A stretch of DNA of 64,000 bases from a virus (Duplodnaviria; Caudoviricetes), in the IMG/VR virus record IMGVR_UViG_2700988978_000001, positions 614-64,613 of that record; one strand, given 5' to 3'. Position 1 is the first letter of the stretch. Every line of letters starts with the position of its first letter. Under the pieces are notes generated by a model, which did not search any database, was not told the DNA's origin, and was given only the letters and a program-made list of their open reading frames with translations. Positions 46,699-56,713 of the stretch are shown in pieces. The translations under genes were made by a program, and so were the position numbers.

Positions 46699-47093
46699 GG
46701 CGGCCGACGTTCCACAAGCGCACGGTGCGCCGGACCCTGGCCGCGGTCGCCGCTGGTGCGGTGCTCGCCGGCACGGGCATGGCCTACGCGGCGCACGCCG
46801 ACGCTGCCCCGGGCGTCGGTTGCGAGACGATCTCGGCGCCGGGCCTGCTCAACTGGGGGCAGAAGCGCACGATCTGTGACACCCCGCGCCGCTCTGACGG
46901 CAGCTGGACCAGGTCGCGGAAGTATTGGACTCCAGCGCATTACGTGCCGGTGTCCTGCTACCGGTGGTCCTGCACCGGTGGCTACCTCGTGGGTGACACG
47001 GTGTCGCGGTACGAGGAGTACGTGGTGTTCGACCACAACGTGCTGCCTGACGAGCCGGGTTGGCTGCCGACCGGATCGGTGGTGATCCGGTGA
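46695..47093 (+). CDS. Secreted CDGP-like protein
   Basis: Signal peptide ending AHA; ICDTPRRSDGSWTR. Confidence 0.75.
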   Translation: MRRPTFHKRTVRRTLAAVAAGAVLAGTGMAYAAHADAAPGVGCETISAPGLLNWGQKRTICDTPRRSDGSWTRSRKYWTPAHYVPVSCYRWSCTGGYLVGDTVSRYEEYVVFDHNVLPDEPGWLPTGSVVIR

Positions 47094-47482
47094 GCGCGCC
47101 ACAGAAGTTCCGCAAGAAGCCCGTTGAGGTCACAGCGTTGCAGTGGGACGGCAGCGACCACCGCGCCGAAGAGCTCTACGAGTTCACCATTCGTGAAGGC
47201 GAGCGCTTCGGTTGCACCGTTCACATCACGCAATTCATGGTGCTCGGCGAAGACGACTCGTACGAGGTGTTCAACGCGTACGACGAAGACGGCGAGATCA
47301 CCCCCAACAACGAGGTAGATCGCAGGATCGCCGAAGGCTATTCCGCCGTCGTCTACGACGAGCTGCACGACACATGGGTGAGCGTGACCATCGGTGACTG
47401 GATCATCCGCGGTGCCCAAGGCGAGTTCTACCCGTGCAAGCCGGACATCTTCGAAGCCACGTACGAGGCGGTCATCCGATGA
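47090..47482 (+). CDS. Conserved phage protein (KFRKKPV...GDWIIRG..GEFYPCKPDIF)
   Basis: Recognisable family motif. Confidence 0.8.
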   Translation: MSAPQKFRKKPVEVTALQWDGSDHRAEELYEFTIREGERFGCTVHITQFMVLGEDDSYEVFNAYDEDGEITPNNEVDRRIAEGYSAVVYDELHDTWVSVTIGDWIIRGAQGEFYPCKPDIFEATYEAVIR

Positions 47483-47691
47483 CGATGGATACGCGTGTGA
47501 CGCGGGCGATCTCGCTGCTGCTGACGGGTGAGCCACGCCTGGTTGATGAGGCGTGTGACCTGATGGAGGAGTTGTGCGACGAGCTGCCCGCGCCCAGGTT
47601 GAGGCCGGTGTGGTGCCCCGCCGACGCGCGGCAGGCTGCCCAGGACGCGGCAGCGTATCCGGCCGAGCGTGGTACGGGCGGTGTCCGATGA
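47479..47691 (+). CDS. Hypothetical protein
   Basis: Coupled at both ends. Confidence 0.6.
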   Translation: MTMDTRVTRAISLLLTGEPRLVDEACDLMEELCDELPAPRLRPVWCPADARQAAQDAAAYPAERGTGGVR

Positions 47692-48029
47692 GCAGCGCTT
47701 GGATGGACCGTGCTGCCTGTGTTGGCCGCGACCCTGAGATCTGGTTCGACAGCCGCAAGCGTGAACTCGCGCAACAGATCTGCTCAGACTGCCCAGTCAA
47801 GGCTGAATGCCGAGCTCGCGGTGCGAACGAGTATCGCGGGGTGTGGGGCGGTGATGTGCGGATGGCGAAGTCCGTGGGGTTGTCGCCCACTGCTGAGTAC
47901 ATCGGCTACCAGCACGGCACTGAGAGCGGCTATCGCCGGCACCTCTCGGAGAAGACGCCGCCGTGCGATCGGTGCAGCACCGCGCATAGGTTCGCCCGGC
48001 GCGAGTACTTCGATTCGAGGTCGGCATGA
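47688..48029 (+). CDS. whiB: WhiB-family transcription factor with C-terminal HGT...C domain
   Basis: AAC...CSDCPVKAEC...GVWGG. Confidence 0.9.
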   Translation: MSSAWMDRAACVGRDPEIWFDSRKRELAQQICSDCPVKAECRARGANEYRGVWGGDVRMAKSVGLSPTAEYIGYQHGTESGYRRHLSEKTPPCDRCSTAHRFARREYFDSRSA

Positions 48030-48160
48030 GCGCCGCGAAATGCCGCCGCTGCGGCCACTACTGGTCATTCATGGGGAACCCGGACTTGTTCGCGGTGATC
48101 ACGAAGTTCTGCCCCGAGTGCATCGCGAGGGTGCTGCCGTTGATGGGTTCGGCGTCATGA
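48026..48160 (+). CDS. Small Zn-ribbon protein (44 aa)
   Basis: CRRC...CPEC; ATGA overlaps at both ends. Confidence 0.55.
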   Translation: MSAAKCRRCGHYWSFMGNPDLFAVITKFCPECIARVLPLMGSAS

Positions 48161-48513
48161 CGCGCGCGCTGTGGATCGCGGCGTGGGTGTTCGCCGTGAT
48201 CGCGTGGGCGGCGTTTGTGCTGCTGTGGCGTGAACTGTTCGTAATCGCCGGAATCCTGTGCGCCCTGGCGTTTCTGGCGTGGGGATTCCGCGCATATCCC
48301 GATGTTGATCCCGACGAGTGGGCTGCCGACGAGTGGTGGCACGAACCCGAAGAGGTGAACGCGATGTACCCGCATGAGCATGACGAGTGGCGGCGCGCCG
48401 TCAACGACATGAGCGAGGCGGAGCGCGCCGCCGCGGTGGACGCGCCGCGCCGAGCGCTCGGCGTGATCGGTGACCGCGACGACGCCCGCGACGAGATCGG
48501 GGGACGCCGGTGA
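48157..48513 (+). CDS. Membrane protein
   Basis: Two N-terminal TM helices. Confidence 0.65.
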   Translation: MTRALWIAAWVFAVIAWAAFVLLWRELFVIAGILCALAFLAWGFRAYPDVDPDEWAADEWWHEPEEVNAMYPHEHDEWRRAVNDMSEAERAAAVDAPRRALGVIGDRDDARDEIGGRR

Positions 48514-49514
48514 GCACGGAACCGTTCTGGGCAGAGCACGCCGAACTGGCCGGCCACTACACCGATCGCGACGAGTGGCTGGAACTCCGGCGCACGGGCA
48601 TCGGGTCGTCGGACTGCTCGGCAGTTCTCGGCATGGGCAAGTACGGGTCGCCGTTCTCGGTGTGGGCCGACAAGACCGGTAAGTCCCGGCCAGTCGACGA
48701 GACCGAAGCCATGATGTGGGGCACGCTGCTTGAGCCGGTGATTCGCGCCGAGCTGGCCCGCCGTCTCAGTGTCGAGATCGTCGAATGCCCAACGCTGCGT
48801 TCGCTGCAGCGGCCCTGGCAGCTCTACAACCCTGACGGACTGATCCTCGCCCAGAACGCGCTGGTGGAGATCAAGAACGCCAGCGCGTGGCTCGCGCACG
48901 ATTGGGATGACCAGGTGCCCGATCACGCCGAGCTGCAGGTGCAGCACGGCATGGCCGTGACGGGCGCGGACGGCGCGTATGTGGCCGGCCTTGTGGGCGG
49001 GAACCGTCTGCGCTGGGAGTACATCCCGCGTGACGACGACCTGATCGCCACGATCAACGCCGCTGAGCAGCACCTTTGGGACACCTACATCGTTCCCGAC
49101 GTCGCGCCGCCGATCGATGGGTCGGACGCGACTGCAGAGGCGATCGCGGCGCAGTGGCCACGCCGCTACGACGTGGTCGAGGTGGCGGAGGACATTCCTG
49201 CCGTGGAGGCTGCGATGGCGGCGTATCGGTCGGCGCTCGACGCGGAGAAGGCCGCCAAGGAAGCCAAGGCTGCTGCGGTGAATCAGTTGACCGCCCATCT
49301 ACGCGGCGCCGACGCCATCACCGACGGTGACGGTCGCAAGCTGGTGGCTCTCCGGCGGGGACAGTTCCGCGAGAAGGCGTTTCGTGAGGAACAGGACGAC
49401 GCTGGTTGGTTGCACAAGGTCGAAGTGATTGACCGTGACCGGCTCAAGGCCGAGGAACCCGAACTGTATCGCCGATATCAGGCGACCTCCATCTATCTAC
49501 CGAAAGGGAAATAA
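48510..49514 (+). CDS. recE: YqaJ/RecE-like exonuclease
   Basis: WLELRRTGIGSSD, PDG...VEIK, QVQH. Confidence 0.92.
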   Translation: MSTEPFWAEHAELAGHYTDRDEWLELRRTGIGSSDCSAVLGMGKYGSPFSVWADKTGKSRPVDETEAMMWGTLLEPVIRAELARRLSVEIVECPTLRSLQRPWQLYNPDGLILAQNALVEIKNASAWLAHDWDDQVPDHAELQVQHGMAVTGADGAYVAGLVGGNRLRWEYIPRDDDLIATINAAEQHLWDTYIVPDVAPPIDGSDATAEAIAAQWPRRYDVVEVAEDIPAVEAAMAAYRSALDAEKAAKEAKAAAVNQLTAHLRGADAITDGDGRKLVALRRGQFREKAFREEQDDAGWLHKVEVIDRDRLKAEEPELYRRYQATSIYLPKGK

Positions 49515-49519
49515 GCATC

Positions 49520-50605
49520 ATGGCAAGAGATTTAGCGCGTCGCGCCCAGCAGGCAGTGCAGCAGCAAGGCGAGGGCGAGTCGTTCAACAAGCAGTTGGCG
49601 AAGATGGAGGCGCAATTTCAGCGCGCCATGCCGCGTGGCGGTGAGGCCGTGCAGCTGATCCGCGACGTCATGACGTGTGTGTCTCGGACACCGAAGTTGG
49701 CTGAGGCGGCGAGTACTCCTGGCGGGTCGTTGTCGATCATCGGGGCGGCGATGACATGCGCCCAGTTGGGTTTGCGGCCAGGTGTCGGCGCTTTGGGGCA
49801 TGCGTGGATTCTTCCGTTCTGGGACGGCAAGAGTCGTGAGCAGCGCGCCCAGTTGATCATCGGCTACAAGGGTTTCATCGATCTTGGTCAGAGGTCGGAT
49901 CGGATCGGTTCGTTGCACTCGCGAACGGTGTACGCCAACGATCAGTTCGAGATCAAGTACGGCCTCAGCGAGGACGAGTTCGAGCACACGCCGTACTTCA
50001 TGTTGGGGCACGACGAACCTGGTGAGGCGCGGCTGTTCTACGCCGTTGGGCGTCTGGCCAATGGTGGGACTGCGCTGGCTGATCCGATGACCCTGAAGCA
50101 GATGGAGGACCACCGCGACAGGTTCGCGATGGCGAAGAACCGTCAGGGTGAGGTCATCGGTCCGTGGCGGGATCACTTCGAGAGCATGGCCCGCAAGACC
50201 ATGTTGCTGCGGCTGATGGCGTTGATGCCGAAGTCTACCGAGGTTCAGCGGGCGATGGACAACGACGGCAGCGTGCGAATGGACCTGTCGCCGGGCGCGA
50301 TCGACGCTCCGACGCACATTGACGGTGAGGTGATCGGGGAGCCGGTCGACGAGGTGGTCAGCGAGCAGCCTGAACGTGAGACGGTCGTGGTGAACGCGCC
50401 CACCGGGTCGGCACCTGACGTGCAGATGGCGTCCAAGGACCAGCTCGATCGTCTGGCTGTGATTCAGAAGGCCGAGAAGTACACCGACGCCGATTGGTTC
50501 TCGTTCCTGGCTGAGGCGGCTGGTGTGCAGGCGAAGCGCGCTGCGGATTTGACGTTCGAGGAGGCGGCCCGCGCGATCGCCGTGTTCGACGGGCCGGACG
50601 CATGA
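49520..50605 (+). CDS. recT: RecT ssDNA-annealing protein
   Basis: AQLGL...AQLIIGYKG...PW...MARKT. Confidence 0.93.
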   Translation: MARDLARRAQQAVQQQGEGESFNKQLAKMEAQFQRAMPRGGEAVQLIRDVMTCVSRTPKLAEAASTPGGSLSIIGAAMTCAQLGLRPGVGALGHAWILPFWDGKSREQRAQLIIGYKGFIDLGQRSDRIGSLHSRTVYANDQFEIKYGLSEDEFEHTPYFMLGHDEPGEARLFYAVGRLANGGTALADPMTLKQMEDHRDRFAMAKNRQGEVIGPWRDHFESMARKTMLLRLMALMPKSTEVQRAMDNDGSVRMDLSPGAIDAPTHIDGEVIGEPVDEVVSEQPERETVVVNAPTGSAPDVQMASKDQLDRLAVIQKAEKYTDADWFSFLAEAAGVQAKRAADLTFEEAARAIAVFDGPDA

Positions 50606-50690
50606 AAGTCCCGTTCACCGGACCAGTCATCGAAACCCGCACCGCCACAGGCGACCGCCTGTAACCAACACAACCAGAAGGGAACCCATC

Positions 50691-51029
50691 ATGTCCGATG
50701 CAGAGGCCGACAAGAAAGAAGGCACCGAGCTCGCCCCCGGAGATGTCACCGACTTCGTCGTGGTGCTCACCCAGCTCGATAAGGGCCGCGTCCAGCAGGA
50801 AGCGTCCAACGCCCTGCATGAAGTTGTTGAGGCCGCTCTCACACACAACAAAAAGGGCGGCACCGTCAGCATCAAAATCACCGTCAACCCGCTGGAATCC
50901 GGGGCGGTGCAGGTGATTGCCGACGTAACCGGCAAGCCCGTCAAGGATCCCGCCGGAACGATTTTCTTCGCCGACGGCGAAGGTCATCTGTCCCGAGACA
51001 ACGCCGGACTGTTCTACGGCATCAAGTAG
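50691..51029 (+). CDS. Partner of DUF2303 protein (YfdP-like)
   Basis: KGGTVSIKITV...IFFADGEGHLSR. Confidence 0.75.
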   Translation: MSDAEADKKEGTELAPGDVTDFVVVLTQLDKGRVQQEASNALHEVVEAALTHNKKGGTVSIKITVNPLESGAVQVIADVTGKPVKDPAGTIFFADGEGHLSRDNAGLFYGIK

Positions 51030-51072
51030 TCGAAACCCATCACACCGTCACCGAAAAGGAACTGAACACAAC

Positions 51073-51906
51073 ATGTCTGACAAGATTCTCGAACTGCCGG
51101 CGCACACCATTATCGACGATGAATGGGGGGCCGACGGCCACCTCCGCTTGATCGCCGCGAACGGCGCGAACGGCCTTGAAACCAAGGTCATCGACGTGCG
51201 GGCTGAAGCGCCGAACGCATTCCCACCCCGCACCGTGACCGACCGAGTCGTCACCGACACCGCCTCATTCCTCGCTGAGATCGACCGCCGCCCGCTGCTC
51301 AATGGCGTGTCGACTGTGTGGGGCAATCGGCAGAAGGGCGAGATCACCGCTGTCTACGACGAACTCACCGCCGACGCAGCCGACGCCTACACACGCCGCA
51401 GTGACCGCCTGATCCTGCGCTTCGTGCCGGACCCCGACTGGGCGACCATGCGTGCGACCGCTGACGGACAGTTCCACACCCAGGACGAGTTCGGTGACCT
51501 GATCGAAGCGGCTGGCCACCTCATCATTTCCCACCCCGCAGCGGAACTGATGGAGATCGTGGACAGCGTCCGCACCAGTTCCAAAGGGTCATTCGAATCG
51601 AAGATCCGCCGCGACACGGGCAGCCAGTACCTCACCTACTCGGAAGAGGTATCGGCGAAGGCTGGATCATCGACCAGGCCGCTGGAGGTCCCCCGTGAGA
51701 TCACCATGAGCGCACGGCCGTTCGAGGACTACCCGCAGGTGGAGGTGAAGTGCTGGCTGCGGCTTCGAATCAACCAGGGCCAGTTGTACCTGGGACTGTT
51801 CCCGCAGCCCTATGAGCACCGTGTGCGCGACGCCTGGGTGCACGTCACTGGCGAGTTGGCCGAGCAGCTGGGCGTTCCGGTGTACGCGTCGAACGTGGGC
51901 CGCTAG
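51073..51906 (+). CDS. DUF2303 (YfdQ-like) protein
   Basis: TQDEFGDLIE...AAELMEI...PFE...RLRI motifs. Confidence 0.75.
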   Translation: MSDKILELPAHTIIDDEWGADGHLRLIAANGANGLETKVIDVRAEAPNAFPPRTVTDRVVTDTASFLAEIDRRPLLNGVSTVWGNRQKGEITAVYDELTADAADAYTRRSDRLILRFVPDPDWATMRATADGQFHTQDEFGDLIEAAGHLIISHPAAELMEIVDSVRTSSKGSFESKIRRDTGSQYLTYSEEVSAKAGSSTRPLEVPREITMSARPFEDYPQVEVKCWLRLRINQGQLYLGLFPQPYEHRVRDAWVHVTGELAEQLGVPVYASNVGR

Positions 51907-52335
51907 ATGGGCCGCGCCCGCGCCTCAGCGAAGGCGGCCGGCTCGCGCACTGAGCGTGCGGTGGCCGACTACCTCGCTCAGGCCCTCGATGATGACCGGA
52001 TCGATCGCCGGGTGAAGACCGGCGCGAAAGACCGTGGCGATATCGCTGGGGTGCGGGTGCATGGCCAGCGGGTCGCCATCGAGGTCAAGGACGTCAAGCA
52101 CGAGGACTGCACCAAGTGCCAACGGGTGTCCGGCCTGAAGCTGCCGGAGTGGACTGGCGAGTCCGCGGTGGAGGCCAACAATGATGGCGCGTTGGTGGGC
52201 GTAGTGGTCCATAAGCGCAACGGCACAACGGATCCCGGCAAGTTCTGGGTCCACATGACGCTCGATGACTTGCTGGCGTTGATCACTGGCCGCCGGCACG
52301 GGCACCGCGCTCATATCCAGGAGGAGATCGGCTGA
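51907..52335 (+). CDS. Holliday junction resolvase-like PD-(D/E)xK nuclease
   Basis: G..TERAVADYL...DRGDI...IEVK. Confidence 0.8.
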   Translation: MGRARASAKAAGSRTERAVADYLAQALDDDRIDRRVKTGAKDRGDIAGVRVHGQRVAIEVKDVKHEDCTKCQRVSGLKLPEWTGESAVEANNDGALVGVVVHKRNGTTDPGKFWVHMTLDDLLALITGRRHGHRAHIQEEIG

Positions 52336-52577
52336 TGCTGAATTGGAAGAGCCACCCCCACATGGTGGGCGTGTTGACCGCGTTCGGTGATCGTGGCACG
52401 TACTCGGTTGAACGGGTCGGGCCGGAGTGGATTCTGCAGGGGCGTGGCCATGATGGGCTCGGCATGCTCGCCATCCCATGCGAGGGGAAGGCGTTCGCGT
52501 CGCTGGACTCGGCGAAGACGTGGGCCGGCGAGCTGGACCGGGTGCCCCACGCCGAACCGCAAGCGTCAGGTTGCTAG
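52335..52577 (+). CDS. Hypothetical protein
   Basis: TGATG coupling; RBS. Confidence 0.65.
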   Translation: MLNWKSHPHMVGVLTAFGDRGTYSVERVGPEWILQGRGHDGLGMLAIPCEGKAFASLDSAKTWAGELDRVPHAEPQASGC

Positions 52578-52579
52578 CG

Positions 52580-53119
52580 ATGGCTGAGCAGTGGCGTCCG
52601 GTGCCGGGATGGGAAGGGCACTATGAGGTTTCGAATCGGGGCCAGGTTCGGTCAGTTGACCGGACCGTCAGAACGGCCACCGGTGCGTTGCAGACTCGAC
52701 GCGGCCGTGTGCTCACGCCGTTCGTTCGCAAACACGGCTATCCCGTCGTCGGGCTCTACGGCCCGAACAAACGACGGACACAGACAGATGTCCACTTGCT
52801 GGTGCTGGCGGCGTTCGCAGGCCTTCGTCCCGATGGCTCAGTGGCTCGGCATCTGAACGGTGACCCCAGCGACAACACCATCGAGAACCTCGCGTGGGGC
52901 ACCTACACGGAGAACAACGACGACCAGGTGCGCCACGGGACTCACTACGAGGCGAGCCGAACCCGTTGTGATCGGGGGCATCTGCTCGAAGGTGAAAACC
53001 TCGCGGTGAGAACCAAGAAGAACGGGCGAAAGCGTCGCGCGTGCAAAACATGCGACCGCGACAACTCGCGTGCTTACCGAGCACGCAAGCAGCGCAAATC
53101 CACTGGGAGAGCAGCATGA
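52580..53119 (+). CDS. NUMOD4-HNH homing endonuclease
   Basis: EQWRPVPGWEGHYEVSNRGQVRS; RHLNGDPSDNTIENL. Confidence 0.9.
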   Translation: MAEQWRPVPGWEGHYEVSNRGQVRSVDRTVRTATGALQTRRGRVLTPFVRKHGYPVVGLYGPNKRRTQTDVHLLVLAAFAGLRPDGSVARHLNGDPSDNTIENLAWGTYTENNDDQVRHGTHYEASRTRCDRGHLLEGENLAVRTKKNGRKRRACKTCDRDNSRAYRARKQRKSTGRAA

Positions 53120-53430
53120 ATGCAACAGAGGACGGTCTGGAACCGGTCGGCGAGATTCCCGAGGTCCCGGCCCGCTACGACGCCGGTATCGCAAGCGCTT
53201 TGGCCGCGATCGATCGGGGCGCAGTGCTGGGCATCATCGCTGGCGCTGACCAGGTGCTGGCCACCAAGCAGCTCGCCGAACGTCAGACCCAGGCGATCAA
53301 CGATGTACGCGAACTGTGTGGCGACTTGATCTCGCGCGGCCAAGGCCACGGAGCCGCCCCCACCCGCGCCGAGATGATCGCGGCAGAGGTAGCGGAGTCT
53401 GTCCTGGCCATCATCGAGGCCGGTGCGTGA
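53116..53430 (+). CDS. Hypothetical protein
   Basis: Coupled ORF. Confidence 0.65.
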   Translation: MNATEDGLEPVGEIPEVPARYDAGIASALAAIDRGAVLGIIAGADQVLATKQLAERQTQAINDVRELCGDLISRGQGHGAAPTRAEMIAAEVAESVLAIIEAGA

Positions 53431-53612
53431 TGGGGTCCATGGACGATCGCAAGGTCGAGGTGATCGACACCGATGAGACGGTGCTAGCCATCCTGGTCTA
53501 CCCGGACGGTCAAGTCAGGTTTCGCACGGATCAGCCGTTGTCCTGGGTCGCGGAAACCCTGCAGACGTTGACGGATTCGGTTCTGGCCAAGATCAAACGT
53601 GAGGGTGCCTGA
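53430..53612 (+). CDS. Hypothetical protein
   Basis: Coupled ORF. Confidence 0.6.
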   Translation: MGSMDDRKVEVIDTDETVLAILVYPDGQVRFRTDQPLSWVAETLQTLTDSVLAKIKREGA

Positions 53613-55114
53613 TGCTGACTCTCACCGATCTGTTCTGCGGCGCTGGTGGTTCGAGCACTGGCGCGATCGAGATCCCCGGTGTGGAGGTTCGCGTCGCGTC
53701 GAACCACTGGGACCTGGCCGTCGAAACGCACAACACGAACCACCCGGACGCCGACCACCTGTGCGCCGATCTGTCGCAGATCGACCCGCGCCGGTTCCCG
53801 CGCACCGACATCCTGTGGGCGAGCCCGGAGTGCACGAATCACTCGGTGGCCAAGGGCCGCAAGCGCGTCGACTCGCAGCCCGATCTGTTCGGGGAGGTGC
53901 TGCCCGACGCGGCGGCCGAGCGGTCCCGTGCCACGATGTGGGACGTGCCCCGGTTCGCCGAGGCGCACCACTACCAGGCCGTCATCGTCGAGAACGTCGT
54001 GGACGCGTGGCACTGGCAGCCGTTCCAGGCGTGGCTGATGGCGATGGACTCGCTGGGCTACGAGCACCACATCGTGTTCCTGAACTCGATGCACGCGCAG
54101 GCGTTCGGGCTGGGGGCGCCGCAGTCACGGGACCGCATGTACGTGGTGTTCTGGCGCAAGGACAACCCGCGCCCCGACCTCGACCGGGTCACCCGGCCGC
54201 CGGCGGTCTGCCCGACGTGCGGGCCCGTGCGCGCCATGCAGGTGTGGAAGCGGGCCGATCGCGCGCCGTGGGGACGGTACCGCGCCCAGTATGTGTACCG
54301 CTGCCCGTCGGTGAAGTGCCGCAACCAGATCCTCGAACCATCGTTCCGGCCGGCGGCCGAAATTATCGACTGGTCGCACCTTGGCCAGCGCATCGGCGAC
54401 CGGGCCAAGCCGCTGGCCGCCAAGACGTTGGCCCGCATCGAGGCGGGGATTCAGCGGTACTGGGCACCGTTCATCACCGAGCACCGCCACGAGTATCGAG
54501 TTCGCGGTGTCGATGTGCCGCTGCAGACGGTGGCCGCCGCGGGCAATCACTTCGGTCTGGCAGTGCCCGTGGAGGGGCGTGACGGTAAGCAGGCTGCGCC
54601 GGTAGATCAACCGACCCGAACGATGACGACCCGCAACGAGACCGGGCTGGCGTTCATCGCGGAGCTGCGCGGCGGTGGGTCCACGCACCGGCCGGTGAGT
54701 GAGCCTCTGGCCACGCTGACCGCGTCGGGCACGCACCACGGCCTGGTGACCGTGGACCATGGCGACGTAACTCGGGCCGACGTATTCGCCGGACGCTGGT
54801 ACAGGCACGAGCCGAAGCCGTTGATCACGAGCTATTACGGCAACGGTGGCACTCGGCCAGCAGATCGCGAGCTGGCGACCGTCACGACAGTTGAGACGCA
54901 CGCATTGCTTGACGCTCCGACGATCAACGTCGACGACGTCCTGTTCCGCATGCTGGAGCCGCGAGAGATCGCCCGCGCCATGGACTTCCCCGCTGAGTAC
55001 CGGATCCTCGGAAACCGGCGTGAGCAGGTGCGCCAGGCAGGCAACGCGGTCACCCCACCGGCCGCGCGAGACCTCGTCGGTGTTGTCGCCGACTCGCTCG
55101 GAGTCGGGTCATGA
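53612..55114 (+). CDS. C5-cytosine DNA methyltransferase
   Basis: DLFCGAGG, SPEC, ENV, QSRDR, GNAV. Confidence 0.95.
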   Translation: MLTLTDLFCGAGGSSTGAIEIPGVEVRVASNHWDLAVETHNTNHPDADHLCADLSQIDPRRFPRTDILWASPECTNHSVAKGRKRVDSQPDLFGEVLPDAAAERSRATMWDVPRFAEAHHYQAVIVENVVDAWHWQPFQAWLMAMDSLGYEHHIVFLNSMHAQAFGLGAPQSRDRMYVVFWRKDNPRPDLDRVTRPPAVCPTCGPVRAMQVWKRADRAPWGRYRAQYVYRCPSVKCRNQILEPSFRPAAEIIDWSHLGQRIGDRAKPLAAKTLARIEAGIQRYWAPFITEHRHEYRVRGVDVPLQTVAAAGNHFGLAVPVEGRDGKQAAPVDQPTRTMTTRNETGLAFIAELRGGGSTHRPVSEPLATLTASGTHHGLVTVDHGDVTRADVFAGRWYRHEPKPLITSYYGNGGTRPADRELATVTTVETHALLDAPTINVDDVLFRMLEPREIARAMDFPAEYRILGNRREQVRQAGNAVTPPAARDLVGVVADSLGVGS

Positions 55115-55236
55115 CCGTCGAGCAGCTTGCTTTCGATCTCACACTTCCGAGTCAGCCCGCCGTGATCGAGCGCGATGCTCGCCGCGGCCGCCGGGGTCGA
55201 CTGGTGATCACCTACGTCGGGAGGTGGCAGGGCTGA
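55111..55236 (+). CDS. Small hypothetical protein (41 aa)
   Basis: ATGA and TGATG overlaps at both ends. Confidence 0.45.
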   Translation: MTVEQLAFDLTLPSQPAVIERDARRGRRGRLVITYVGRWQG

Positions 55237-55592
55237 TGCCGATCCGCCCGGAGAACCGCGACCGCTATCCGAGTGACTGGAAACAGATCAGCGAACGAAT
55301 CCGCTTTGAGCGCGCCCAGGGCCGCTGTGAGTGCGAAGGCGAGTGCGGCCGCGGTACACACACCGGCCGCTGCCCAAACCGTCACGGACAGCCCGCATAC
55401 GGGACCGGCAGCAAGGTCGTGCTCACCGTCGCCCACCTCAACCACATACCCGAGGACTGCGCCGAGGACAACCTGCGTGCCATGTGCCAGGGCTGCCACC
55501 TGCACTACGACCGCGAGCACCACGCGCAGACCGCTGCGGCCACCCGCCGCGCAGCCCTCGAAGCGCAGATGGATCCGATATTCAATGCCTGA
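55236..55592 (+). CDS. HNH-like protein
   Basis: MPIRPENRDRYP...LTVAHLNH...NLRAMCQGCHLHYD. Confidence 0.8.
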   Translation: MPIRPENRDRYPSDWKQISERIRFERAQGRCECEGECGRGTHTGRCPNRHGQPAYGTGSKVVLTVAHLNHIPEDCAEDNLRAMCQGCHLHYDREHHAQTAAATRRAALEAQMDPIFNA

Positions 55593-55749
55593 GCCCATCA
55601 ACTACGACGAAACCCCCTGCGCGCTCTGTGAGTGCTACGGCCTCCAACACGACGACCCCGAACACGCCGGCCGCTGCCACGCGATCCTCGGCCCGCGCGG
55701 GCGATGTGACTGCCCCGGATACGAGCCACCCTTCGAGGAGGAGAACTGA
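55585..55749 (+). CDS. Small Cys/His-rich protein
   Basis: CALC...H...C...CDC. Confidence 0.6.
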   Translation: MPEPINYDETPCALCECYGLQHDDPEHAGRCHAILGPRGRCDCPGYEPPFEEEN

Positions 55750-55982
55750 TGGACATCTACGTGGTGCTCGACGGCGCGCGTGTGGTGGGCGCGTCGACGA
55801 GATTGCAGGGCGCCGAACTTATTCGGTCCGACGAGGCGGAGCGTTTGGTGACAGCGCGTGACGCCGAAACGCTCAGCCGCCGAGGCACCATGCACGGCTG
55901 GGGCCTGTGGACCGACGCGGACAAAGAGCGTTGGTTTTACGACCACATGCAGATCGTCAACACCGAACTTCAGGACCGGTGA
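55749..55982 (+). CDS. Hypothetical protein
   Basis: GGAGG RBS; coupled. Confidence 0.65.
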   Translation: MDIYVVLDGARVVGASTRLQGAELIRSDEAERLVTARDAETLSRRGTMHGWGLWTDADKERWFYDHMQIVNTELQDR

Positions 55983-55986
55983 TCCG

Positions 55987-56271
55987 GTGACCAACCCCGA
56001 CGCCCCCGAAAGCAAGGCGCTCGCCGCCGCCAACGCGATCGCCGAACAGGTCGGCCAGCTCTGGTGGGCCGCACACGCTGACGGTGTACGCAACGGCATG
56101 GAAGCTGCCGCCAACTTCGCAGGAGAGGCCGCCAACAGAATCGCCGATGACTACAGCATCGACACCCTGGTGCGGGACGTCAGCGTGAACTGCCTCAACC
56201 AATTCCGCGACCTGCTGCGCCTGTTCACCCTTCAGATGCCTGACCCGGATCCGCCTGCGGGGAAGCCGTGA
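55987..56271 (+). CDS. Hypothetical protein
   Basis: Coupled to the next gene. Confidence 0.6.
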   Translation: MTNPDAPESKALAAANAIAEQVGQLWWAAHADGVRNGMEAAANFAGEAANRIADDYSIDTLVRDVSVNCLNQFRDLLRLFTLQMPDPDPPAGKP

Positions 56272-56498
56272 GCCGTAGCCGTCCCCGCCGATCGAAAGCC
56301 CGCCGCCGCGCGGCCCGCACGTCCACGACAGGCAAGCGGTGCCCCACACCCAACAAGCTGGCGTTCAACAGCCGCGAGCACGCCGAATCGACGCTGCGCT
56401 ACTGGAACTACGACCACGCCCCCTACCGGCCCGAACGTGCCTACCTCTGTGGCTGCGGCAAATGGCACCTCACATCACGACCCGAACGGAGAACCTGA
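56268..56498 (+). CDS. Small Zn-binding protein
   Basis: CPTPNK...RAYLCGCGKWHLTS. Confidence 0.7.
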   Translation: MSRSRPRRSKARRRAARTSTTGKRCPTPNKLAFNSREHAESTLRYWNYDHAPYRPERAYLCGCGKWHLTSRPERRT

Positions 56499-56713
56499 TG
56501 GGCAGCGTCCCCAACATCGGCATGTACTGCTTCCCGAAACAGGGCAGCTATCTCGGGCAACGCGTCACGGTGTGCTTCCACTACGACACCGAGGTGACCA
56601 TCGGCGGCGAAATCGTGCGCGACGACGCCGAACAACCAGGTGTTGCGGTCATCAAGCTCGACGACGGCCGGCACGTGCTGACCACCGAGTGCATGTGGAC
56701 AACTGCGCGATGA
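56498..56713 (+). CDS. Hypothetical protein
   Basis: FPKQG...VCFHYD...IVRDD family motif. Confidence 0.7.
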   Translation: MGSVPNIGMYCFPKQGSYLGQRVTVCFHYDTEVTIGGEIVRDDAEQPGVAVIKLDDGRHVLTTECMWTTAR

